Below the pieces are notes generated by a model. It was not told the origin of the DNA. It did not search any database and saw only the letters and a program-made list of their open reading frames with translations. A stretch of 64,000 nucleotides of DNA from Bacteroidia bacterium (GTDB lineage Bacteria > Bacteroidota > Bacteroidia > M30B66): positions 576,001 to 640,000 of the forward strand of contig OZ257142.1 in NCBI GenBank assembly GCA_965279035.1, given 5' to 3'. The position numbers and the translations under genes were made by a program. Position 1 is the first letter of the stretch, and each line of letters begins with the position of its first letter. Positions 18,311 through 27,344 of the stretch are shown in pieces.

Positions 18311-20734
18311 TCACAAATTTTTCTTCCTAGCTATTAGCGTAGAACTTAGTGTAGCAATTGAGACAATACTTATGGATGTTACAGGCATAAGTATGGCGGC
18401 AATTACGGGTTGTAGCTCACCTCGAACTGCGAACCATAATCCTACACAGTTATATAATAGCGAGATGGCAAAGCTTACAGCGATTACTCGTTTACCACTT
18501 TTACAATAATCCAATAGCGTGTTTAGTCGAGATAAAATCTTCCCATCCAAAATCGCATCGCAGGCTGGAGAAAAGTTGTTCAGATTATCCGATACCGCAA
18601 TTCCCGCATCACTTTGTTGTAAAGCACCGGCATCATTCAATCCATCACCCAACATCAAAACTGTTTTGCCTTCATCTTGAAGTTTGCGGATGAAGTTGAG
18701 TTTGTCTTCAGGTGATTGTTTGAAGTGCATTTGATTCGGCTCAAACCATGAGCTCAATTGCTGACGATCCGAATCGGTATCTCCACTCAACAAATACATG
18801 TCGTACTTGCGGCCTAAGCGACTTAATAATGTAGGAAGTTGATCGCGTAGCTGATGTTGAAGGGTATAAAAACCACACGATTCACCATTGATTCTTAAGT
18901 AAATCCGAGTCGTGTTAAGCTTTTCTTCCAATAACTCTTGATTGGTAAATGATGCTGATCCAACTTGAACCATCATCCCGTTTACCATTCCTTGGATTCC
19001 TTTACCCGAAAATTCACTGAAGTCGCTTACTACCAAACGTTCGTTACCCTGATACGATGCTGCTATGCTGCTACTTAAAGGATGTGTTGATTGCAGCACC
19101 AATGAATACACAGCAGTGATTTCATCTTTCGTTAGCTGTCTTCCTTGGAAAGTCACTTCCGCATCTCGACTTAAAGTAATGGTGCCAGTTTTATCAAAGA
19201 CAATCGTATCGGCTTTCGCCATTTTTTCAATCACAAAAGCATTCTTGAGGAAGAATCCATTTCGTCCTAAAATGCGGAGTACGTTTCCATTCGCAAAGGT
19301 GGATGCGAGGAGCAAAATACACGGACAAGCCACAATCAAAATGGTGGTTACCGCATTCATCATTCGATGAGTTTCTCCCGCCCAAAGCCAATAGGATGCT
19401 GAAGCAAGCGCCACAATAAAAATCCCCAGCGTAAAATACTGGTTGATTTTATTTTCCATGGATGCTTTCTCTTCTTCGGCTTGGTCTTTTCGGAAAGCAG
19501 GACTATTCCATAATTGGGTGAGGTAGCTTTGTTTAACGGGTTTAACAATTTCAAGCTCGATGCTCGTGCCCGATTGTCGCCCGCCGGCATAAACTAAATC
19601 TCCTTTTTTACGAATGATAGGATCTGATTCACCGGTAACAAAACTGTAATCCACTTTTGCCTCACCACGCAAAAGAATCGCATCAGCAGGAACTATTTCC
19701 TGATTACGAATCAACATGCGCATCCCCTTTTTAATTCGAGTTACTGGAATTTGTTCTTCTCCCGAATCGGAGATAACAGTTACTGCTACTGGGAAATACG
19801 ATTTATAATCACGGTCAAATGCTAATGTTTCGAAGGTTCTATTTTGGAATGCCCGTCCAATTAGCATAAAAAACACGATGCCTGTCATGGAATCGAAATA
19901 TCCTGGCCCAGTTCCGCTCAAGAGTTCGTAAACACTTCTGAGAAAGGTCATTAATACTGCAGCTGCAATAGGTAAATCGATGTTAAGGTGTTTGCTGCGT
20001 ATGGCTCCAATTCCCGAGATAAAAAAGTCACGACTGCTATAAAAAAGCACAGGAAGTGAAAGGGCAAAATTGAGCCAGCTAAAGGTGAGTTTCAAATCAG
20101 CATTTCCAGCTACTTCACCAATGGAGAAGTATTCAGGAAAACTCATCATCATAATATTACCAAAACAAAAACCGGCGATCCCGATTTTATACCATTGGCT
20201 CCGATCGACTTTTATGGCTTGTTTGTCTTCGATATCGTTTAAGCTGATATGCGGTTCATAACCAATCATGGTCATTCGTTCGGCAATTTTGCTCAAACTG
20301 GTTTCTGCTTGTTGGAAGATAACGGTTACCTCACGCTTAGGGAAGTTGACCGAAGAACTTATCACACCTTTTTCTAATCTTTGCAAGTTTTCAAGCAACC
20401 AAATACAGGAACTACAATGAATTCCTGGGACGAAAAAGGTAATGTGAGATTGTTTGTCGTTTGTAAAATGAAGGAGTTTGTTGCTCACTTCCGCTTGATC
20501 GAGGTAAGAGAATTTACCTGTGTAATTGGCTTTGTCAGGTGAATTTCCGGAGGATGGATTGAGTGTATAATAGCTACAAAGATTGTTTTCGTTTAGAATT
20601 TCGAATACCAATCGGCAGCCATCGCAACAAAATGCTTTGTCTTCAATCCATGTTGTAGTTTCCTTACAATTTTCTCCACAATGATAACAATGGAGATCGG
20701 TTCTGATTTTGGGCTCACTCGTTTTGGGTAACAT
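18311..20734 (-). CDS. ccoI: Heavy-metal (Cu) P1B-type ATPase CcoI/FixI
   Basis: CYHC..CCDGC N-domain, HCSSC, TGES, CPC, DKTGT, GDGLND. Confidence 0.93.
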   Translation of the reverse strand: MLPKTSEPKIRTDLHCYHCGENCKETTTWIEDKAFCCDGCRLVFEILNENNLCSYYTLNPSSGNSPDKANYTGKFSYLDQAEVSNKLLHFTNDKQSHITFFVPGIHCSSCIWLLENLQRLEKGVISSSVNFPKREVTVIFQQAETSLSKIAERMTMIGYEPHISLNDIEDKQAIKVDRSQWYKIGIAGFCFGNIMMMSFPEYFSIGEVAGNADLKLTFSWLNFALSLPVLFYSSRDFFISGIGAIRSKHLNIDLPIAAAVLMTFLRSVYELLSGTGPGYFDSMTGIVFFMLIGRAFQNRTFETLAFDRDYKSYFPVAVTVISDSGEEQIPVTRIKKGMRMLIRNQEIVPADAILLRGEAKVDYSFVTGESDPIIRKKGDLVYAGGRQSGTSIELEIVKPVKQSYLTQLWNSPAFRKDQAEEEKASMENKINQYFTLGIFIVALASASYWLWAGETHRMMNAVTTILIVACPCILLLASTFANGNVLRILGRNGFFLKNAFVIEKMAKADTIVFDKTGTITLSRDAEVTFQGRQLTKDEITAVYSLVLQSTHPLSSSIAASYQGNERLVVSDFSEFSGKGIQGMVNGMMVQVGSASFTNQELLEEKLNTTRIYLRINGESCGFYTLQHQLRDQLPTLLSRLGRKYDMYLLSGDTDSDRQQLSSWFEPNQMHFKQSPEDKLNFIRKLQDEGKTVLMLGDGLNDAGALQQSDAGIAVSDNLNNFSPACDAILDGKILSRLNTLLDYCKSGKRVIAVSFAISLLYNCVGLWFAVRGELQPVIAAILMPVTSISIVSIATLSSTLIARKKNL

Positions 20735-20748
20735 GTGGCAATTGGGAT

Positions 20749-21339
20749 TTAATCATCATTACTTCTCGATATCTTCCCTACTAAGGCAAGACTGCTCAAC
20801 TTCATTACTTCGGCTTCTAGCTCGATGATTTTAGGAAATAGATTTATTTTTTCTCGCTCAAGATTCTGAAGAAAGTCATTGTTGAATTCTTTGAGTTCTG
20901 CAAAACACAACTTCAACAATTCATCAGAATTCAATGGAGGATGGAAATTATTTGTAAGTCGTTTTATAGAATGTAAGAGCGCTTCGATGTGCGTATGTTC
21001 CTCTTGTATTCGACGAATGCTGCTTTCCATTAAGCGAACATTCAAAAAGCGGATAGGCTCTGGGTTTTCCTTTATTTCGATGAGTTTGCGAACAAAAGGG
21101 AATAGACTGTTTTCTTCTTGAACAATGAGTAGATTAACCTTGACTTCGATTTGTTCTAGTAAGGAAACTAAATCTTGTAAATGGATAGCATAATTCAAAT
21201 TGCCTTTTGAAGCGGATTTGAAATTTCGAGCCATCAATTTCAACATCGATTTCGACATAGCATGATGACGACTTTCTATAAAGTCGAGCAAATCAGCTTC
21301 GCCAATGGATGAAAAATTTATGTGGTTGAAACTTCGCAT
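20749..21339 (-). CDS. Hemerythrin-like / Ric (YtfE)-related protein with degenerate metal ligands
   Basis: LLDFIESRHH, EE.SLFP, EEH...I.RLTNNF.PP, E.INLFP follow the Ric pattern; no ScdA_N domain. Confidence 0.7.
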   Translation of the reverse strand: MRSFNHINFSSIGEADLLDFIESRHHAMSKSMLKLMARNFKSASKGNLNYAIHLQDLVSLLEQIEVKVNLLIVQEENSLFPFVRKLIEIKENPEPIRFLNVRLMESSIRRIQEEHTHIEALLHSIKRLTNNFHPPLNSDELLKLCFAELKEFNNDFLQNLEREKINLFPKIIELEAEVMKLSSLALVGKISRSNDD

Positions 21340-21360
21340 GAATCATACTTCTCGATATTA

Positions 21361-21425
21361 CAAATGTTTCTATTCTTATATCGATTTGAAATGACCAGCC
21401 TCAGGTTGAAAGATGATAAAAATCA
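21361..21425 (-). promoter_or_regulatory. Promoter of the Ric-like/ccoI unit: imperfect -7 (AACATTTG) plus two Crp/Fnr-type boxes
   Basis: TGA-CCAGCC-TCA at 21392-21403 and TGA-TAAAAA-TCA at 21414-21425, 22 bp apart. Confidence 0.7.
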
Positions 21426-21439
21426 GTTTTTGGAAAATG

Positions 21440-21473
21440 AAAAAGCCGCTTTCCAATGAAGGAAAGCGGCTTT
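21440..21473 (-). terminator. Rho-independent terminator
   Basis: AAAGCCGCTTTCC-6nt-GGAAAGCGGCTTT perfect stem downstream of 21494..24361. Confidence 0.85.
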
Positions 21474-21493
21474 AAAAAAAGAGAAGATTAATT

Positions 21494-24361
21494 TTATTGA
21501 ATCACAACGCGAATTACTTTGCTAGCATCTTTAGAAGAAACTCGTAGCATATAAATACCTGCTTGAAGCTCATTCACAGCAAGTGTTCCATTCATATTGA
21601 TATTTTGTTCTTTCACAATTCTGCCTGTTGCATCCATCAACGAAACACGCCCATTAGTAATTGAAGTGCGGATATTCAAATTCATATCTGCTGGATTCGG
21701 AAATACAGAAAGAGTTGTTGTTGAATTTAGTTCGATTCCAGTAGTATTATCAACCGTTACAGAAACAGCATGTGCATCACTTGAGCAATAAGTAGGAGCT
21801 TGTTCAATGCTGATATTGTAGTAGTAGAAATAATATTGATTTCCATAAGTATTGCTGGTGATTGAAGCTAAATCTCCAATTAAATATGGATAAGTAACAA
21901 GCGTATTGCTGTTTTCACGTTGAAGGCGAGGACTATTTTGACTTAATGTAGATTGATTAACACTCACATCAGGAAGTAAATAAAATCCAGTACCTACTGT
22001 AAGGTCAAAATTAGCATTGATCACATTTGTTCCACTTACAAGCGTTGCTGTAACTGAATTTAATAGAGTATTGCTGCTATTGTATAAATCGAATTTACGT
22101 GGACCAGGAGTATCAGTGTAAACAGTAAACGAACGAAGTGTTGAAACTTTGAATACATCAAAATACACTTTTGAATTCGTTGTAGTTGCTCCAAATTGAT
22201 TGGATGTTAATGGTGTTACAATTCCACCATTGTCAATTCCACCACCATATCCATTCACATTGACAACATAATAAGTAGCTGTTGTAGTTACTTCAGGTGT
22301 TGTAAAGCTATTTCCAGTTCCCAAAAGAGTACCTCCAATAGCATCGTACCATTGAATGCTATCTCCTGTTGCTGTTAAAGTGGCACTACCTGGAGTTGGT
22401 AAAGTTACATTGTCTGCAACCGCTTGATTAGGAGTTAATTCAGTAACATTAATTGCTGAAGATGTAAATGTTGAACAAGCTCCTTGTATTGTTAAAGTGT
22501 AGGTACCTGATTGATCAACAGTTGTTGTATTAGTACCTGTTGTTCCATTGCTCCAAGAATATCCGTTTAAGCCTGTTGGTGCTTGAAGTACGACAGAACC
22601 ACCATTACAAAATGTAGTTTCGCCAACTGCAGAAATAGCGGGTGTTTCATCTGGCGATAATGTTACTGTAATTGTTTTTGAAACTGAATTACAAGCATTA
22701 TTTGAAGTTTGTAATACTCGCACATTGTATTCTCCAGCTGCTGTAATATTAGCTGTTTGGCTTGTAGATCCATCAGACCACAAATAATCAAATCCTTGTG
22801 GAGCTGTTAAAGCAAGTGTTTGTCCTTGACATAGAACATAATCTCCAGCAGTTGTGATAATTGCCTCAGGAGCAACACACACATTTTCTCTAACCGATAA
22901 AAATTGATCTACCTGTGGGTTAAGAATTACTTGAGAAGCGCCAGACGGCCAGCTAATTACTACAGAATCAATAGCTGTGTTTGTTCCAAGTCCAAAGTGT
23001 AAGATGGAAGTATTTACAGCACCATAGCCTTCGCCAGTGCGAACTTCTCGCATTTGAACTCCCCAAGCACCGTAAATTTTAGCACGTGCACCAACTGCAC
23101 CTAAATTACTAACAGTTCCTTCCAAATCGAGGTTGAAAAAGTGCTTACCTGATGTAGATCCATTCATCCAAATCACATCATTCACCGAAGATGGAGTTGT
23201 ATAAATGCTCGCATAACTACCATAAATATCAACAGCACCGTCGTGATTCAAATCACCAATTCCAAATGACTCCATGCTGTTGTTGTCGAATGTTCCGTTG
23301 ATACGAGTAAATGTACTGTTCCCATTATTATGATAAAAACGAGATGAACTTCCTGCAACCAAGATATCCACAAATCCATCATTGTCGAAATCTTCCATTA
23401 CCGACTGAATTGGAGTGATATCAGAAAGAACTACTCCTGCAGTTGCAGAAATATCTGTGTAATGACCAGTTCCGTCGTTTTGAAATATTTGACTTTCATG
23501 GTCATGATTAGTCAACAAAAGATCTAAGTCAGAGTCATTATCAATATCACCGAAGCTTGCAGTCCAAGTTTGCCAAAAGCAATTCAAATTGTAAGAAGCA
23601 GCATCTTCAGTGAATGTACCATCGCCATTGTTTACAAACATTACGTTTACACGACGAGGATCTGAACCATCAGTAACAGATGAACTTTGACGACATTTTG
23701 CAATGTATAAATCTAAGTCGCCATCGTTATCGAAATCGGTCCAAACACTACCATAATTACCTGAATCCATTGGATCGCCACCAATATTTCCTGGGTGAAG
23801 TGTAAAGTTGATAGTAGTGGTTGAAGGAACTAATCCTCCAGATCCATTATTTAAGTAAATGTGTGCAGGATTGTTGTCGTCGCACACAAAAAGATCTTCC
23901 CAGCCATCATTATTAAAGTCAGCTGATGTTACGTTTTGAACGAAATAACTACCGGCTAAATTGCTAACAGTACCAGTCATTCCATCGTTACTAATCATCA
24001 TAATTTTTGGCTGAGAACTGCTTCCTGCCATGATGTCTTTGTAGCCATTGTGATCAAAGTCAGCAACGCACATAGCCCAAGCCCATCCTGAACTTGAACT
24101 AAAATCACCTAAATAACGAGTTTCAAAAGTTTGATTTGTACGTTGAATTTCAACATAAGCCGAACGACCATATTTTAGACGAACAATGTCATCCAATCCG
24201 TCGTTGTTCCAATCGATAACTGCAACAGGGCAGCCGCTCGTAAATGCTGGAGTGTTTAATTTAGCATTGGCATTTGTGAATTGAAATTGAGCTTGAACAG
24301 AAGCAGCAGTTCCAACGACGAACAAACACAAAGCGGCAATGCGATGTAAAGATGTTTTCAT
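21494..24361 (-). CDS. FG-GAP repeat / ASPIC-UnbV (CRTAC1-like) protein with Ig-like domains and T9SS type A CTD
   Basis: Repeats DWNNDGLDD, DFNNDGWED, DFDNDGDLDL, GDIDNDSDLDL; LHFGLG..IDSVVISWPSG; YLWSDG/YSWSNG Ig-like units; VFPNPA...GIYMLRV. Confidence 0.9.
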   Translation of the reverse strand: MKTSLHRIAALCLFVVGTAASVQAQFQFTNANAKLNTPAFTSGCPVAVIDWNNDGLDDIVRLKYGRSAYVEIQRTNQTFETRYLGDFSSSSGWAWAMCVADFDHNGYKDIMAGSSSQPKIMMISNDGMTGTVSNLAGSYFVQNVTSADFNNDGWEDLFVCDDNNPAHIYLNNGSGGLVPSTTTINFTLHPGNIGGDPMDSGNYGSVWTDFDNDGDLDLYIAKCRQSSSVTDGSDPRRVNVMFVNNGDGTFTEDAASYNLNCFWQTWTASFGDIDNDSDLDLLLTNHDHESQIFQNDGTGHYTDISATAGVVLSDITPIQSVMEDFDNDGFVDILVAGSSSRFYHNNGNSTFTRINGTFDNNSMESFGIGDLNHDGAVDIYGSYASIYTTPSSVNDVIWMNGSTSGKHFFNLDLEGTVSNLGAVGARAKIYGAWGVQMREVRTGEGYGAVNTSILHFGLGTNTAIDSVVISWPSGASQVILNPQVDQFLSVRENVCVAPEAIITTAGDYVLCQGQTLALTAPQGFDYLWSDGSTSQTANITAAGEYNVRVLQTSNNACNSVSKTITVTLSPDETPAISAVGETTFCNGGSVVLQAPTGLNGYSWSNGTTGTNTTTVDQSGTYTLTIQGACSTFTSSAINVTELTPNQAVADNVTLPTPGSATLTATGDSIQWYDAIGGTLLGTGNSFTTPEVTTTATYYVVNVNGYGGGIDNGGIVTPLTSNQFGATTTNSKVYFDVFKVSTLRSFTVYTDTPGPRKFDLYNSSNTLLNSVTATLVSGTNVINANFDLTVGTGFYLLPDVSVNQSTLSQNSPRLQRENSNTLVTYPYLIGDLASITSNTYGNQYYFYYYNISIEQAPTYCSSDAHAVSVTVDNTTGIELNSTTTLSVFPNPADMNLNIRTSITNGRVSLMDATGRIVKEQNINMNGTLAVNELQAGIYMLRVSSKDASKVIRVVIQ

Positions 24362-24423
24362 AAAGAGGTTAAGGTTGAGATGGTATTAGAACTACAAATA
24401 TGTAGAAATTTCTGTTATTCAGC

Positions 24424-26370
24424 TTAGTCGGATGTTAAAAGAATTCGTTGAGTGTAATTTTTTCCAATTGCTTGAACTTGGATTACATATACTCCGGCTG
24501 CTTTTGCGCCTTTAATATGCCAACTATTGTCAGCATTTTTTTTCCATTGAATTGGAACTTCTTGTCCCGAAATAGTAAACATTCGAATTGCTTGCGGTTT
24601 CAAAGAAAAACGCATGTTAATTCCACTCGAAATGCTGGCAGGATTTGGATAAAATACAGGAGCCTTTACATTCAACGCATCTGCATATAAAGGACTAATC
24701 AATTCGGTTAAACTATCGCCCGCAACAAGAACTGGTTTGTTGTCGGATGCATCAAACATGGTTAAAAATGAATTTATTTCAGAAGCATCCAAGGTGCGCA
24801 TCTCCGAAAGCCAAGCAGGAGGAACTGTTTGATAATAAACTTTGGCAGTTGTTTTAAATGCACCACTATATCCTTGAAGTGAAACGCGATAATGAATGAT
24901 ATCTTTTCCTGTTCCTTGTGTTGTGCCTGCTAAATTGAAATCGGGGTCTGAAGCTGCTTCTCCAACAATTTGAACAGTATCGTAAGATGCATGTTGAGTC
25001 GAGAATCCAAGTGGTGGAATACGATTATCTTTCAAATGAACATCGGCTCTCTCGAGAATTGTTGTGAAATCACCATTCACATCTCCCATATTCATTTCGT
25101 AAATCTGAACCTGATTTTCAGCATGAATCACATCATGATGAGGCTCCACAAATCCACCATAATTCACGATTTCGCCACTTTGATCAAATGTTCCTGAACG
25201 GAATAAGGTATCGCCAGCTTCTGTCGTTACTACAAATTCTACAAATGCTCTTCGAGATGGATAGCCACTTGGGAATTTATGTCCTGATTTATTGGTTAAC
25301 ATTAATTCAAATCCAACACTGTCATCAAAAAATACAGGATCTGATAATTCAGCCTTCAACGTATTGTATCGTAAATTACGTGTGATAGTTGAAATGGTCG
25401 AATCGAAATTTGCTTCATTGGCGATAATACCCAGAGCATCTTTATTTCTACGAATTAAATCAACCATGAAACTATTCGCGCCAGCAAAACTGTGTTGATT
25501 AAAAGGACTTCTTCCCAACAATGCCGTATAGCCAACAGCAATTTTAACGGGATCTTCCACTTGAGGCATGTGGCAGGTTTGACAGGTTTTTCCTTGTCCG
25601 GGATAACTCGAATTGAGCCATTCCTGAAAAGTAGCTTGTTCAACAAAAGTGCTTCCAGTGGGAACGCCTTGTAAATCGACAGTATGCGATATTAAAGTGT
25701 GACAAGGAGAGCAAAATCTTCCTTGACTAACATGTTCGCTGTATGTTGGGGTGAAATTTACGTACAACTGCATTGGTCCAAAAAAAGGATTGATAAATGG
25801 GCCATACGCAACACGGTTTGTATCATACGGAATATCTCCTGTAAATCGACTACCTAAGCCATTCGTTCCTATCGCGTGGCAGCCAAGGCATCCAACACCT
25901 GATAATCCGAGTGAATCATCTTGAAGATCTTCTAAAGTATAATGATCTGCCCCTTTAAAGAAAGCCGAAAAATGCCCCATTGGAGCGTGACAATCGGTAC
26001 ATAAATTTTGAAGTTCAATGGCATGTGCTGGATTGGTCAAAACCTCTTGTCGAACCTTTGCTTTCCATAATGGATCAACACCGGCAAGTCCCATCATGGA
26101 TGTTTCCCAATCATCGAAAAGATTAATGTCCACACCATCGAGCGTCACATTGGCTAGTCCTTGAGGATCGCGTCCATGGCATCCTTTACAGCGAGATGCG
26201 GGAAGAAAAATGGCAGTAGTATCAATACTGCGACTATGCATTTTAAGTAAAGCTTGAAAATGTCTGTTCGTGAGACTTTCTGGTTTTTCTGAACTCTCTC
26301 GTCCGGTAAGAGACACCGCTGCAAGCACGAACAAAAAAAGCGTACCAATGATGAGTAAACGTTTTTTCAC
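24424..26370 (-). CDS. Pentaheme c-type cytochrome with T9SS type A C-terminal domain
   Basis: Signal peptide; five CxxCH motifs (CKGCH, CTDCH, CLGCH, CSPCH, CQTCH); GHKFPSG; C-terminal FYPNPA...TISGQ...GVYVIQV...QRILL; GTG start. Confidence 0.88.
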   Translation of the reverse strand: MKKRLLIIGTLFLFVLAAVSLTGRESSEKPESLTNRHFQALLKMHSRSIDTTAIFLPASRCKGCHGRDPQGLANVTLDGVDINLFDDWETSMMGLAGVDPLWKAKVRQEVLTNPAHAIELQNLCTDCHAPMGHFSAFFKGADHYTLEDLQDDSLGLSGVGCLGCHAIGTNGLGSRFTGDIPYDTNRVAYGPFINPFFGPMQLYVNFTPTYSEHVSQGRFCSPCHTLISHTVDLQGVPTGSTFVEQATFQEWLNSSYPGQGKTCQTCHMPQVEDPVKIAVGYTALLGRSPFNQHSFAGANSFMVDLIRRNKDALGIIANEANFDSTISTITRNLRYNTLKAELSDPVFFDDSVGFELMLTNKSGHKFPSGYPSRRAFVEFVVTTEAGDTLFRSGTFDQSGEIVNYGGFVEPHHDVIHAENQVQIYEMNMGDVNGDFTTILERADVHLKDNRIPPLGFSTQHASYDTVQIVGEAASDPDFNLAGTTQGTGKDIIHYRVSLQGYSGAFKTTAKVYYQTVPPAWLSEMRTLDASEINSFLTMFDASDNKPVLVAGDSLTELISPLYADALNVKAPVFYPNPASISSGINMRFSLKPQAIRMFTISGQEVPIQWKKNADNSWHIKGAKAAGVYVIQVQAIGKNYTQRILLTSD

Positions 26371-26436
26371 ATTCTTGAAATATAAAATCTTGGAGATAAG
26401 GTTTGAATTGATTTATAGATTGAAAATCAACACTAC

Positions 26437-27147
26437 CTAATCGTAAATGTTTGCTGCCTTTACTAATTGCTGATGATTTAGAATAGAAATGCGTTTTCCA
26501 TTCAAAGCAATTACTTGATCATTCTTCAATTCACTCAATAATCGGATAGCTGTTTCGGTGGCAGTTCCCACAATGTTTGCAATATCTTCACGACTAAGAG
26601 TAACACTTATTGTAACTCCATCTTGATCTAGACCATAGGTTTGTTGCAAATAAAGCAAAGCTTCTGCAACCCTTTCTCTTACTGGCTTTTGAGCTATATC
26701 TGTAATGCGGTGTTCGGCATGTTTTAAATCTTCAGAAAGAAGTTTCATCAATTGCATTGATAAAACACCGTTGCCTTCAACCAGTTTTAAAAAGGAAGAT
26801 TGTGGAATAAAACAGATTTTACAATCATCTAGAGCTTCAGCACTGGAAGAATATTTATCGCCACTTAAAAGAGCTCGATATCCTAAAATATCTCCACCAC
26901 GAGCCAACCTTACAATTTGCTCTTTCCCTTCATCTCCAATACGAAAAATCTTGATTTTCCCATCGTTCACACAATAAAGACCGTGTGGATACGAACCCGC
27001 ATTAAATATTATTTGACCTTTTTTGAAATTGCTACAGCCCTTCGTTTCATTTAAAGCCTCTAAATCATGACCATGTAAGTCACAAAAAACGGAACGCGAT
27101 CTATTTGAACAATGCTCACAATCAGGTTGGTCGTTCTTTCGAAGCAT
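26437..27147 (-). CDS. Crp/Fnr family transcriptional regulator with N-terminal Cys cluster
   Basis: C10-x2-C13-x8-C22 plus distal Cys (DDCKICF); cNMP-fold GKIKIF..GKEQI; HTH SREDIANIVGTATETAIR. Confidence 0.93.
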   Translation of the reverse strand: MLRKNDQPDCEHCSNRSRSVFCDLHGHDLEALNETKGCSNFKKGQIIFNAGSYPHGLYCVNDGKIKIFRIGDEGKEQIVRLARGGDILGYRALLSGDKYSSSAEALDDCKICFIPQSSFLKLVEGNGVLSMQLMKLLSEDLKHAEHRITDIAQKPVRERVAEALLYLQQTYGLDQDGVTISVTLSREDIANIVGTATETAIRLLSELKNDQVIALNGKRISILNHQQLVKAANIYD

Positions 27148-27344
27148 AGGGATTTATTAATGGTGTAAATATAACATTCGAAATGTACAGTTCAACGTAA
27201 ATAATTCAGATCAATTTAAATTGGGTTAAAATTCTATTTGTTTTTTAAAAACTCATGAAAAAAATCGAAAAGGGGACATGAATTCGGTTCATTGGAAACT
27301 TACCTTCGCATCGAAATTAAATGCTGCGTTTTTACTAAAAATTT

